Below are positions 48,862-60,800 of a DNA stretch of 64,000 nucleotides, in pieces. Position 1 is the first letter of the stretch; every line of letters starts with the position of its first letter. The DNA comes from Batkoa obscura. Lineage: Eukaryota. A program made the translations under genes and the position numbers. The stretch lies in the NCBI GenBank assembly GCA_030770535.1, contig JASVEC010000011.1, positions 434,001-498,000 of the forward strand, read 5' to 3'. Below the pieces are notes generated by a model. That model ran no database searches. It worked only from the letters and a program-made list of their open reading frames with translations, and was not told the DNA's origin.

Positions 48862-49720
48862 TGATATTTAAAAAATGAAAGTTATTTAAACTAAAAATAT
48901 TGCCTACTTTTTTATTTAAATACCTTTATTTCATAGTTTATTTGATTTAGCTCAATTCTCAAGCTTATCAATTATTAGTTTTACGTTACACATGCTAATT
49001 TAGCACCATGTAATTATTTAAAGATTAATTAAAAGTGGTGAATGATAATATTAAATCACTAGAAATTTAGTTTTATCTTTTTTCTCAATAAAAATCAATA
49101 ACAGCCTATGAATTTGAAACAACTTTTGCATTAAATTTGAAGTTTTATTTTGAATTAAAAATGTATAGTTTAAACTTCATTAAAATCCATATTACTTAAT
49201 TACATTTAAAGAATCCATTTTTCACAATAACTAGTTTTAGTAATATTGTACAAACATAAAGCATATAGAAAATAACTTCAATTTTATAGTATAATATTAA
49301 ACTTTAGTTCAGTTATTATTTCAATAGTCTTCAAAATAAGTGAGCTCATTTATTTCTAAGCCTCCATTTCTAAATTCCAATAAATCTACAAAAATAATAT
49401 TCAAAATGGAATCCCTTGTATAATACTGTTTAAAATCTATTATGATATCTTCATTACTAGTATTAGTAATTTTTTGTTTCTATTTTTTTATTGAGATAAT
49501 TTATCACTACCCATTTAACCCAATAAGTGTTTTAAATAAAGGTTAACTTTAGATGAATTAATTTTAATAATGAATATACTAAATAATTTTAAAAGAAATG
49601 TAACTTTTGAGTATATGATATGATATCTTATTAAACTTCATGATCTTTTTATACCATTACTCTTAGTAAAACATTTGTAGAAGGATTTTTTGAGTTAATA
49701 ATACAACAACAAATCAAAGT

Positions 49721-50283
49721 TCTATATCATTTTGAAATTTTGACTATTTTTCAAAAACAAAAAAGTATGAATTATTTCTCAAAAGTTCTAATTAAAACAT
49801 CTTATCTTTATAATAATACCTTTTTTATATTTGAATAAATAGTTAGCGTTATTAGAACCTTATCTTTTATTTAAAAATATACTATTAAACCAATTGAAGT
49901 ATTGATAATCAACTTTAATTTCAAACTGAGAATTTTAAGAAAATAGAATAATGATTTTAAAAAAAACCTGTGTTTTAAATATAAGAAATATACTTTATTC
50001 GACATTAAAGTGATAGGCTTTTATATCACTACTCCATGTTATAGATTTATATAACTTTTATTGAAAAAATAATAATATAATAAATTCAATTTCTATAACA
50101 TTTTGAGATTCACACTATTTTCAAAAATGAAAACATTGAGTTATTTTCCAAGTAATCAAACCATAACATGTTATCTTTCTGAAAATTCATTTTCCATCTT
50201 TAAATAGATACTAAATGATTAATAGAACCTTATATTTTATTTAAAAATACACTATCAAACCAGTTCAAGTATTAGCAATCAAG
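49721..50283. repeat. Diverged ~190-bp direct repeat (about 49721-49912 and 50091-50283)
   Basis: Shared blocks TTCTAT...CATTTTGA, ACTATTTT(T)CAAAAA and TAGAACCTTAT(C/A)TTTTATTTAAAAATA(T/C)ACTAT(T/C)AAACCA. Confidence 0.7.
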
Positions 50284-50655
50284 TCAAACAAATAGAAAAA
50301 AATTATCTAAATAAGGGAATATTCGAATTTCAACTGCTAGAATTATAATGACAATAATATTTAAAACTTGAATAAAAAAATAACAAAAGATCAATATTAT
50401 ATCATTAAATTTAAAAATAAAAAATAAAACATGTTGATATTCTTGAGTCTAAAAAAATATCAAATTGACATTGAAATAGCTCAAAATAGTCATATAAAAT
50501 TTTAAAAATAAAATAAACCGAAAATTAAAGGTTCATTGACGTTTATTTATAACAATTCAAAAAATAGATAGCTAAAAAACTATATAAACAAATAAAAGAT
50601 ATTTGAATCAGTTTGTAATTCATTGAAATTTTAACTTTGAAATAAATTATAATAA

Positions 50656-51423
50656 ATGAAATTTTCGATTTTTCTTCTACTTTTAGGATTAGTCAGTACT
50701 GCTAACCTTTCATCAAATGATGCTTCTATCAAGTTAGTTGGTGGAACAGAAGTATCTCCAAAATTCAAATATCCTTGGATAGTCTCTTTGAACAATCAAG
50801 ATACTCATATTTGTGGGGGGACCCTTATTAACTCTAATACTATCATCACCAATGCGGGTTGTATTTATGGTAACATAACGGAATGGACCGCCAAGATTCA
50901 CCGCCATGATTTAAGTTTAACAGAACTAGAAGAGAATGGAAAAACTTTTAGTATAAAAAGTTGGATCGCCCATCCTTTATATTCTCGATCTGATTACTAT
51001 GATATTTCATTATGGAAATTGGACGGTAATTTTAATTTATCTACGATTATTCAATTGGATCAAGGCGATTTATCTAATACTGAGAAATTAACTTTAAAGA
51101 TTATTGGTTGGGGAGCTACTCAATCGAGTGATAGTTCAATACCAGTTCTTAGAGAAATTCGTCAAAGTATTGTCAATAATGAAAAATGTAAATCACGTTA
51201 CTCCTATTTTAAGAAAGAATTATTGTTCTGTGCTTCTAATGGGGGTTATGAAAACCCATGTTATGGGGATCAAGGTTCTCCTTTGTTTTTAGAAGATGGG
51301 AATACGTTCACCTTAGTTGGTCTTTCCTCTATTAGTCTTGATTGTGGTGCTAGACATTATCCTCATGTTTATACTCGTGTTTCAAGTTTATTGCCATTTA
51401 TTCAAAAACATATTGAGTTTTAA
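50656..51423 (+). CDS. Secreted non-catalytic trypsin homolog (pseudoprotease)
   Basis: 255 aa, collinear with the local trypsins (LVGGTEVSPKFKYPW, CGGTL, IIGWG, VYTRVS). SAAHC is replaced by TNAGC and GDSGGP by GDQGSP. Confidence 0.9.
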   Translation: MKFSIFLLLLGLVSTANLSSNDASIKLVGGTEVSPKFKYPWIVSLNNQDTHICGGTLINSNTIITNAGCIYGNITEWTAKIHRHDLSLTELEENGKTFSIKSWIAHPLYSRSDYYDISLWKLDGNFNLSTIIQLDQGDLSNTEKLTLKIIGWGATQSSDSSIPVLREIRQSIVNNEKCKSRYSYFKKELLFCASNGGYENPCYGDQGSPLFLEDGNTFTLVGLSSISLDCGARHYPHVYTRVSSLLPFIQKHIEF

Positions 51424-52320
51424 CATAATAAATGTAATATATATATTTTATTGACTTTTTACATTTACAAATTTAAATTATTTTAATAAGTTATTTTTCT
51501 ATTGATTTAGTTGTATAGTAAGCTTACTACTATTACTTCATTAGTATATTGCATAAAAATAAGTTTATTAGAAACTGATAAGTTAGTATTGTAGTTTGAC
51601 AATAAACCAATTTTAGAAGAAACAACTCATTATTAAACTGTTATTCTTTTCAATTTCGTTATTAATCCTTTAAAATTTATAAGTATAGATTTATATTAAT
51701 TAGCGGTTTTACCATATATACTACTTTAAATAATAATGATGTCAAAATATCAATTTCAACTGTAATTGCTATAAATATTGATAAAAAATTACTCTTTAAA
51801 CAGGATTATTAAAAAACATCATATATACTATAGTTTGTTGAAGTGGCGATTTTATATACTATGTTTAAAAGAATTTAATAAAGCTAATAATCCACATATA
51901 AAAGATTTTAAAAACTTCAACATATAAAGAAACTAAATAATTTATATAAAAAGCCCTAATATTAAATGTTTTAAAGCATTTAAGAGACTTCACAAAATTG
52001 AAGTATGATACTATCAACTTGAAAGTTACTTATAAGAAACCGTTGTTCTATTTATAATTTAAAAATAGCCAATTTTTAGTTTATCTAATAGAACTGTTAA
52101 TTAATTGGTCGATTTTAAACTCCCAATTTCGCGTTCATTAAATCTTCAACTTTCGCGTTTTAAAACTATACTAATTTTAAGCTTGACTTCCCATAATATT
52201 AGCTAGCTTTAATTGGTTAAGCTATATTACAGTTAGTTAATTTAGTTAATTATAAAATTATAAGAATCGAATATTTTACTTCTATAATTTAATAGTTTAT
52301 TCTTTATATAAGATAGCACA

Positions 52321-54012
52321 ATGGGTGACAAGTCAGAAAATAAGGCAATTGATTTACAGGATAGTTTAACTAAGAAAAAAACAAGTGAAAAAGAAGATAA
52401 AGAGTACAATGGACTTTATACAAAACTTAATAAATATAAGACAATGATAAAGAATTGGGAATATAATTTCAAAAAAAAATATAATAGGGATCCTAGAGTT
52501 GAAGACATTGATGACTTTCCAGTTATGGGTAAGTGGTAATAAATTTTATTAAGTTTTTGTTAACATGTTTTTAGTTAAAAATTATAAAATGTATGCCGAA
52601 ATTAAAAAGAATCTCATGAGGAATTTTACAGAAAGGTATAAAAAAGATGTGGAAAAGACAAAAAGGGGATCGAAAGAAAATTCTACGATTAAAAATAAAG
52701 AAGAAAAGAAGAACATTGATGAAATTAAGGATACACTTATTGAAGAAACGAAAGCTTTCATTTCCCCTGAAAAGAGCAATTTGGCGAATCCAAGTAACGA
52801 AACATCAATAACTCATTTCTCGAACCAAACTAAGGCTCTTTCAGAAATGAGGTCTGTGTCACTCCCAGAATTTAAGAAAGAAGATGATATTCAAGAACAA
52901 AAAGTTAATATTCAAATAAAAGAAACTATTGAAAAAGAAGAAGAGATAAGAAGTTTAAAAGAATATGATGAAAATAAAGAAGATTTTTATTATCCACCTA
53001 CCCCAGAAAATAATTGTTCTGAAATTGATGAACTTCCAATTGATAACGAATCTGAAATCTTAGATAGGGAGGAAATATATGGAAATCATTCTACAGAAGC
53101 AACATCACCTATGGAAATAGCACCACCAACTGCCTTTAGCAAGCTATTTGTAGAAACACCAGTTTATTGGCAACAATTGATGGCAAAATTCATTGTACCA
53201 AAAGGTCATCCAAAATACATGGATCGAAAATTAATGAAACAGGCAAAAAGAATTTGTGATTGGACCCAATATATGTTAGTTAAACATTTTGGTGATATAC
53301 TTGAAGATCCAAAATTTAGAATTAACAGCTTACCTTCTTATCCATATGCTAAACCACTTACACCTTATTCTTTTCGAAAACCAATTCAACGTATTAGAGG
53401 TTATCAAACAGCTAAAGAAATCTTAGAAGAAAAAGAAAAAGGATTTGTATTTGAAAGGCAAAAATTAAGGGGATGGTTTAATAATCCACGTTTCGATAGG
53501 AAAAATATTATTACTTATAAACCAAGGCCAAAAGACGAGGATGGTAATGAAATACCACTTGTTTATCCATGGACATTTGAGGACGAATATACAGCTAAAT
53601 GTGATCCTACACATTATAGATTTAAATTCCCATTAAAAGAAAAGGATCCTCGATATTTGCTGATTATAGAAAAAATTCGAGGTAAACTAAATTATATCAT
53701 ATTATGAAACTTTTAACTAATAAAATTTTAGCTCAAGAAGAAGCTAAGAGAGAAGAAGAAGAAAGAAAGATAAGGGAGGAAGAAACGAAGAAGAAAGAAG
53801 AAGCAAAAGCTAAAAGAATTGCAAGAAAAGCTGCATCGGATGCTAGAAAGAGTAAACCTAAAACGGGTTTAAAAGACTCGGATTTAGTTTCAACTAATTT
53901 TGTTAAAATGGATACTAGAAGAGGAAAATATCGTACTGGAACTGGTAAACCTAAAGGTGCATCTAGGGTTAAGATATCTAAATATTGTAAAGAGCCAAGG
54001 AGAAGACCTTAA
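52321..54012 (+). CDS. SLD2: Sld2/Drc1 (RecQ4 N-terminus-like) replication initiation factor, about 3 exons
   Basis: IKNWEYNFKKKYNRDPRVEDIDDFPVM|VKNYKMYAEIKK matches the Sld2/RecQ4 N-terminal motif. C-terminal STNFVKM; several S/T-P sites. Confidence 0.65.
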
Positions 54013-55018
54013 TTTATTTAATTTAGTTGTTATATAACTTTGAACATTTTTATTATAAAATGCTAAGAGATGCATTAATTACTTTATTTAATGGCATTAG
54101 GAATATATATCTTCGCTTCAGTATTTTGTACACTTTTTAAGTACCCTGGAATTTAAAAATTATCAGTTAAATTCTTAAACAAAAGCATAAACGTATCATT
54201 AAATAAAATGCAAAGGACTGATGGTAACATTAAAAATTAAGTTATGAATTTACTTTTTTACAAGTTTTGCACTAGTTTTGACATTTTTATACCATTTAAT
54301 AATATTTGTATTCTGGTTTTATCGACACTCGTTATCCTATATTAAACAGAAAATTAATTCGTAAGGAGAATGATTTTTTTGATGTAGCACCTGCCTTAAG
54401 ATTTGAATTAACAGTTTGATAGATAGTATATTAGATATTATACATGTTTCAATTTTAGCATCATATAATCGTCTAAATAAATAACAAATTTGTATATTAA
54501 ACTAGATAATCCATGTTTTATGTCTCAGTTATTTTAATATATATTAAATTCTTTAATATCATTATGTATTTTCACTTAACTTTTTACATTTTCCAAAGTT
54601 TTATCAACTAAGTATTGAGAATATATTTTTCATCCCAACATTTTGTTCATTATGTAGCTTATAATTTAATAATCTATTATTTTAATCCTTAACCAGGAAA
54701 AAGCATATTTGTATTATTTTAAAATGTAAGTGTGACTTAATAGAGTTATCAGAGTTAATATATAGTTTTATAATTTATTCAAATTTATTTAAATAGCTAC
54801 AAATTTAATATATTTAAAGTACCCAAAATCTTCTCCTTTAATAGCTTAGAGTTACCAAGTTTAAGAATAATGGCTACAAAAAAATAAATGAATTAAAAAA
54901 TAAATTTTTAGCAAGCTATTTTGACCTCCCCTTATTACGAAAACGTAGTTGTGTAAGATAGTAAAAAGATCCTTGGTGAAGACAATAAAAGTTGTAAAAA
55001 TTATATTAGAATTACAGT

Positions 55019-55038
55019 TATATATATATATATATATA
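55019..55038. repeat. (TA)10 microsatellite
   Basis: Read directly, upstream of trypsin 55343. Confidence 0.85.
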
Positions 55039-55342
55039 ACCGAATGCTAAAGAACATCTCGCAAGATATATTTGATATTACATAATGAATGATAACATGA
55101 CAAAGATCAATGAATATGTGCGCAAAAAAAATATAATTGAAAAAAATAATAAAAAGCAATAAAAAAGTTAATATTAAAATAGAAAGTCAATATACAAATT
55201 AGACAGGATGCAGGTTATGGAAACAAGTAATATTACATTAAATATGTATGACTGGTATAGAAAGTAAACAAGCTACGAAAGATAGCCTAAAATTAAACTA
55301 TAAAAGCTATTCAAAATATTCAAAATTTATTTAAACAATTCA

Positions 55343-56113
55343 ATGAAATCCTTTCTCATTTTTACTCTCCTTGGTGCTGCTATTGCTGCTGACATTCCTT
55401 TAAAAGCTCCACCCAGCCGTATTGTAGGAGGCTATGAAGTATCTCCTAAGTTTAAATACCCATGGATGGTATCACTTGACTATGAAAGATCCCATTTTTG
55501 TGGTGGTGCTTTGTACAATGGAAATACTGTCATATCAGCTGCCCATTGTGTTATTGGATCAACTTCATCGTGGACTGCTCGTACTCATCGTCACAACTTA
55601 AATGCTAGTGAATCTTCCGAACAAGGAAAAACTTACAAAATCAAATCTCGTATTTCTCATCCAAGCTATAAAGCTAATACCAATGCTTATGATATCGCTA
55701 TTTGGAAACTTGATACTGCAGCTGGACCATTGACTGGAATCAAACTTGACTCCGGAAAGTATGCCAATGCTGATAATACTCTTCTCAAAGTTATTGGATG
55801 GGGTGATACCACTGAAGGGGGGAACTCTTCATCAATCCTTTTAGAAGTTGGGGTGCCAGTATTGAACGCTGATAAATGTAAAAAATCCTATACAAACTTA
55901 GATAATAAATCTCAATTTTGTGCTGGGTATCCAGAAGGAGGTAAAGATTCTTGCCAAGGTGATTCTGGAGGGCCAATATTTGTTCAAGAAGGTTCAACTT
56001 CAGTATTAGTTGGTGTTGTCTCATGGGGTGAAGGTTGTGCTCGAGGCGGTAAACCAGGCGTATATACTCGTATATCTGCTACTACTGATTTTATTAATAA
56101 ATATTCCAAATGA
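55343..56113 (+). CDS. Secreted trypsin, copy C
   Basis: Signal peptide, R|IVGG, SAAHC, YDIAI, GKDSCQGDSGGP. Confidence 0.97.
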   Translation: MKSFLIFTLLGAAIAADIPLKAPPSRIVGGYEVSPKFKYPWMVSLDYERSHFCGGALYNGNTVISAAHCVIGSTSSWTARTHRHNLNASESSEQGKTYKIKSRISHPSYKANTNAYDIAIWKLDTAAGPLTGIKLDSGKYANADNTLLKVIGWGDTTEGGNSSSILLEVGVPVLNADKCKKSYTNLDNKSQFCAGYPEGGKDSCQGDSGGPIFVQEGSTSVLVGVVSWGEGCARGGKPGVYTRISATTDFINKYSK

Positions 56114-56175
56114 GTATATTAAAATTTTAATAAACTTATAAATTACTTTATAAACGTAGGAAATTATTAAAATTT

Positions 56176-56271
56176 GGGGATGTATTTTTGTTTAAGAATT
56201 TATTAACAATTTTTCCACTCAAATAGCGCTTAAAAGATGGAAAAAGTAATGAAGCCAAAAAAAACACCCCC
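56176..56271 (+). mobile_element. ~100-bp MITE, copy 6
   Basis: GGGGATGTATTTTT...AAACACCCCC flanked by the non-palindromic direct repeat ATTT/ATTT, which fixes the TSD at 4 bp. Confidence 0.92.
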
Positions 56272-57505
56272 ATTTTGATCGTTTCCAATTTTATTGAACT
56301 TCATTATTGTTTGAAAAGTTTAAAAAAGTATTATCAAGTTGATAATTCTTTCAGTTTATAAGCGTTGTAGTTTAGCTATAATGATGGATAAAACTAGGTT
56401 CATACTATAGTTAATTTTAAGCTTTATAATTATACAATTAGTTCTCAATTTATTTGGCTTTTCTAAAAATATAAAGTTTATTTTATTTATAATTAGATTT
56501 TTTTTGGAATCCTAAACCACAGGAGTCATAAATCGATCTAATCAATAAATTATTTTTATGCTAGCAAAATTTTGATTTTAAGAAAAGCTAAATTATTTAA
56601 AATTAAATAATGAAAGTTTATAATATATGAATATGTGTGTATTTATAGCTCAATAAAAAAGCAAATAGAAGGGTAAAAAATATCTATTTATCCATAGAAT
56701 TTTGATATTAAAATCAATCAAACTTTATAATCTATAATAGCATTTACATAAAATGAAATGTTAGCTTGGTTTTTAAAAATTGATAATCAGCTAAAAAAAC
56801 TGCAACTCTTGTGGTTCAGAATGTCTCTATAGAGAAGTTTAAATATTTATATAATAAAATGACTACTAGTAAAATATTCATAAAAGAAAATAATTGTTAA
56901 TAAAACATTTAAGACAATAAAATGGAATAAGTTTGTTAAACTAACGATAAATATATCTTTTAACATATTAATGTATATAGTTATAAAATAATATAGCAAT
57001 TACCATTTTGAAATGTATTTTTTATTCAAACTAAAATGATTTTTTAGTTTTTTTAATAGTTGTATATAAAAGCTGATTTTGGAATATACTAAAAATAGTT
57101 TAAATGTATATTATAACGTTAAAGGTTAAGCTATAAACATATAGTGAATTAACTTATTGATTTTCTTAAAAACTACAAAAAACACAAACATTAGATAAAA
57201 ATTTGTTTATTAGAAGGATCATTTATAGACATATATAATAAATAGTATTTTTAGATCGACTTAGAGTTAGATGTCTTTTATTATCTTTAATTTATAGTCA
57301 ATTTTTCCTAATATGAAGTTAAGGACTACAGGCTTCCTTATACCCTTAAGTTTATATCAATATTTTTAACTTCAAATTAAAAACAATGGAAGACATCTAA
57401 CCTCAAGCTGCTCTTCAGTAGTAATTTCTATGTTTTTTAATCAGCTAGTATTACTAAAAATGAACTTTTGAATCATGTAGAGTTTATAAGGTAAAAAGAA
57501 CATAT

Positions 57506-57602
57506 GGGGATGTATTTTTGTTTAAGAATTTTACTAACAATTTTTTCATTCAAATAGTGCTTAACAAATGGAAAAAGTGATAAAACTAAAAAAAACATCC
57601 TC
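57506..57602 (+). mobile_element. ~100-bp MITE, copy 7
   Basis: GGGGATGTA...AAACATCCTC flanked by ATAT/ATAT, about 225 bp upstream of the ABC transporter ATG. Confidence 0.88.
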
Positions 57603-57828
57603 ATATTCTATAAATATACCAGCTCGGGACAATATTTATTAATAAAAGGCATAAAAAGAACTTCTTAGTCTTCATGAAGTACGCAGTTATGAATAATAAA
57701 TAACACGCAGTATCCTTTTTGATTATTCTCAAACCACTTATAATACTACGAATCTTTACTAAATTTAAGCTTATTATGAATCTATAAATTAGAGTGGAAG
57801 AATTCTTAAAATACTAAATTTAAGAAAA

Positions 57829-60800
57829 ATGTTTAAATTAAAGAGAAAAAGACAAGGGAGCAAAACAGACGAAAAAGAAGAAAAAGAGAGTGTAGGAAAT
57901 GTACCTTTCCTTAAATTATTCAAATTTGCTACAGCTAAAGACAAATTGTTAATATCTTTTGCGTCATTGGCTTCTGTTATTAATGGTATATCTCAACCAA
58001 TTTTATTTTTGTTGTTTTCTGAAGTAATTGGCTTATTCGGTGAGTATCAAAAGAGTTACTCTGAGAATCCAGATCTCGCTAATAAAACATTAAGAGAGAC
58101 TGTTGATTTCTTATGTATTATGTTTGTCATAGTTGGAGCTATTACTGCAGTCGCTGCTTACTTTCAATTGTCACTTTGGTTAATGGTTGGGGAAAGTCAG
58201 GCTGTAAGAATCAGAAACAAATATTATCATTCGGTTTTAAGTCAAGAAATAGGCTGGTTTGATTCTATTTCTTCAGGAGATATTGCTTCACGCATAGCTG
58301 GTGATATTAATTTGGTTCAAGATGGCATATCAGATAAAGTCGGTCTTCTTATACAAAATATTACTTGTTTTATTGCTGCTTTCATTGTAGCTTTTATAAA
58401 AGGGTGGAAACTAACTTTAGTAATGTTGACTTCAGTACCATTATTGACGCTTGCTGGTATTCTAATAAGCAAAGCTATTGCAGATGTTTCTAAGAGCGGA
58501 CAAGGTGTATACGGCGAAGCAGGCTCTATAGCTGAAGAAGTATTATCTGCTGTAAAAACAGTCTATTCATTCAATACTCAGGAAAAAGAGCAAAATAGAT
58601 ATGAAGATAAACTAAAATTAGCTCGTAAAAAAGGATTTCGTAAAGCTTTTTTTACAGGGTTAAGCAATGGTGTTTTTTTACTCATCATGTTTTCAAGTTA
58701 TGCTCTGGCTATGTGGTATGGTGGTAAATTAATTGGCGATGGGGAGCAAAAAGCTGCTAATGTATTAGCAATATTCTTTAATGTCTTAATCGGTTCTATG
58801 GTATTAGGTATGACCTCCCCTTCTCTTACTGCTATTGCTACAGCACAAGGTGCTGCTACTAAACTATTCGAAATCATTGAAAGAGAATCAAATATTGATC
58901 CATTTTTAATAACTGAAGAACATGTGAAAAATCAATCTAAAATGTCACCAGTAAAAGGGAGTATAACATTTGAAAATGTACAATTCAGTTATCCATCTAG
59001 ACTGGATGTTCAGATCCTTAAAGGTATTAGTTTTGAAGCATTAAAAGGACAAACAGTTGCTTTAGTTGGTCATTCTGGTAGTGGTAAAAGTACATGTATT
59101 AGTTTGATAGAAAGATTTTATACACCAACATCTGGAAGGATTTTGTTAGATGGAATAGATATCTCTCAAATCTCAAATAAATTCTTAAAAGAACATGTTG
59201 GCTTAGTAGGTCAAGAACCATGTTTGTTTGGTACCACCATTAAACAGAACATCTTATTTGGTTTAAAGAACGATGATGAGTTTAAAGCTGATGCTAAACA
59301 ATTACATGATCGTGTTGTAAATGCTTGTAAACTAGCTAACATCCATGATTTTATCATGAAATTACCACAACAATATGATACTATGGTTGGTGATCGTGGG
59401 TCTCAATTGAGTGGTGGACAAAAGCAAAGAATAGCTATTGCTAGAGCTATAATTAAAGATCCAACTATATTATTACTTGATGAAGCCACCTCAGCTTTAG
59501 ATACTGAATCAGAAAGAATTGTTCAAAAAGCATTAGATAATGCTGCTAAAGATAGAACAACTATTGTGATTGCTCATCGTTTATCTACTATTAAAAAAGC
59601 AGATAAGATTGTTGTTTTCGATAAGGGTACTATTATTGAAGAAGGAAGTCATAACGAATTAATTGAGCTTAACGGTGCTTATGCTAATTTAGTTAAACAA
59701 CAAGAAATTAGAAAAGGCGATGAAGAAGAAAAGAACAAAGATGATGACATTGTTAGTAATGACATAAATGTGGATGAAGTAGTATTAGATATAAAAGATA
59801 ATGAAGAATTAGAAGAGGGTTTATTTAAAATGGCAAGTCGAGTTAAATCACTTCCAACAGAATTGATCAAAAATAAAAATAATTCATATGAAGCCCCAAT
59901 GCCATTAATGAGATGTTTAAAAATGGTATCACCATATTGGTATTATGGATTTTTAGGATCTTTTGGTGCATTGTCAGATGGGATTTCATACCCTGTTTAT
60001 GCAGTTCTTCTTACTGAAGCCACACAATCGTTTTTTGACTTAAACACACCAGGATTAATAGAAAAAGGACTACAGGATATTAATTTTTGGTCCCTTATGT
60101 TTTTAGTTCTAGCTATCTGTTGCTTAATTGTAGGCTTCTTGAGGTATGCTGCCTATAATACACTGGGAGAGCATCTTACTTATGAAATACGTAGAAGATG
60201 CTTCCGTTCTTTATTAACTCAAGAAGTTGGTTTTTATGATGCTCCTGAAAATTCGGTTGGGATTATTGCTAGTAAACTATCAACTGAGGCTGAGAATGTT
60301 CAAGGTTTAGTTGGTAAATTTATGGGCCCAATTTTTAGTGCTTTATCTTGCACTATTGCAAGTCTGATTATTGCCTTTTTAAATGGGTGGAAACTTACTT
60401 TAGTAGCATTAACTACTCTACCACTCAATGCTTATAGTCAATTTGTTGAAATTTCCGCATTAACTGATGTAACTGAGCAAAGTAAGCGTGCTTACTTAAA
60501 AGTATCACAAATTGCTATGGAGTCAATTATTAATAAGCGCACTATCAACTCACTAAATAGAGAGACTATATTTTTCGAGGACTATTTAGGAAGAGTTGAA
60601 AAAGCTCACCAAGTTTCCAAGAAAGGCTATCTTAAATCAGCAGTAGGATATTCATTTGCTATGGGGATTCCGCATTTTGTCAATGCTTTGGTGTTTTGGT
60701 ATGGAACCACTTTAGTAATTAATCAAGAATACACATATAAAAATATGTTTCAAATTATCTCTTCAATCATGTTTATGGGGATGTCATTTGGGTTCGCCTC

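Noticed and set aside
40507..54012. FEN1, EME1-like and SLD2-like as a DNA replication/repair cluster
   Set aside because: They are interspersed with unrelated genes, and two of the three calls are only moderately confident. Chance is sufficient.
56508..56822. Degenerate 18-bp inverted repeat (ATCCTAAACCACAGGAGT / ACTCTTGTGGTTCAGAAT)
   Set aside because: Several mismatches, no clear TSD and no second copy in the window.
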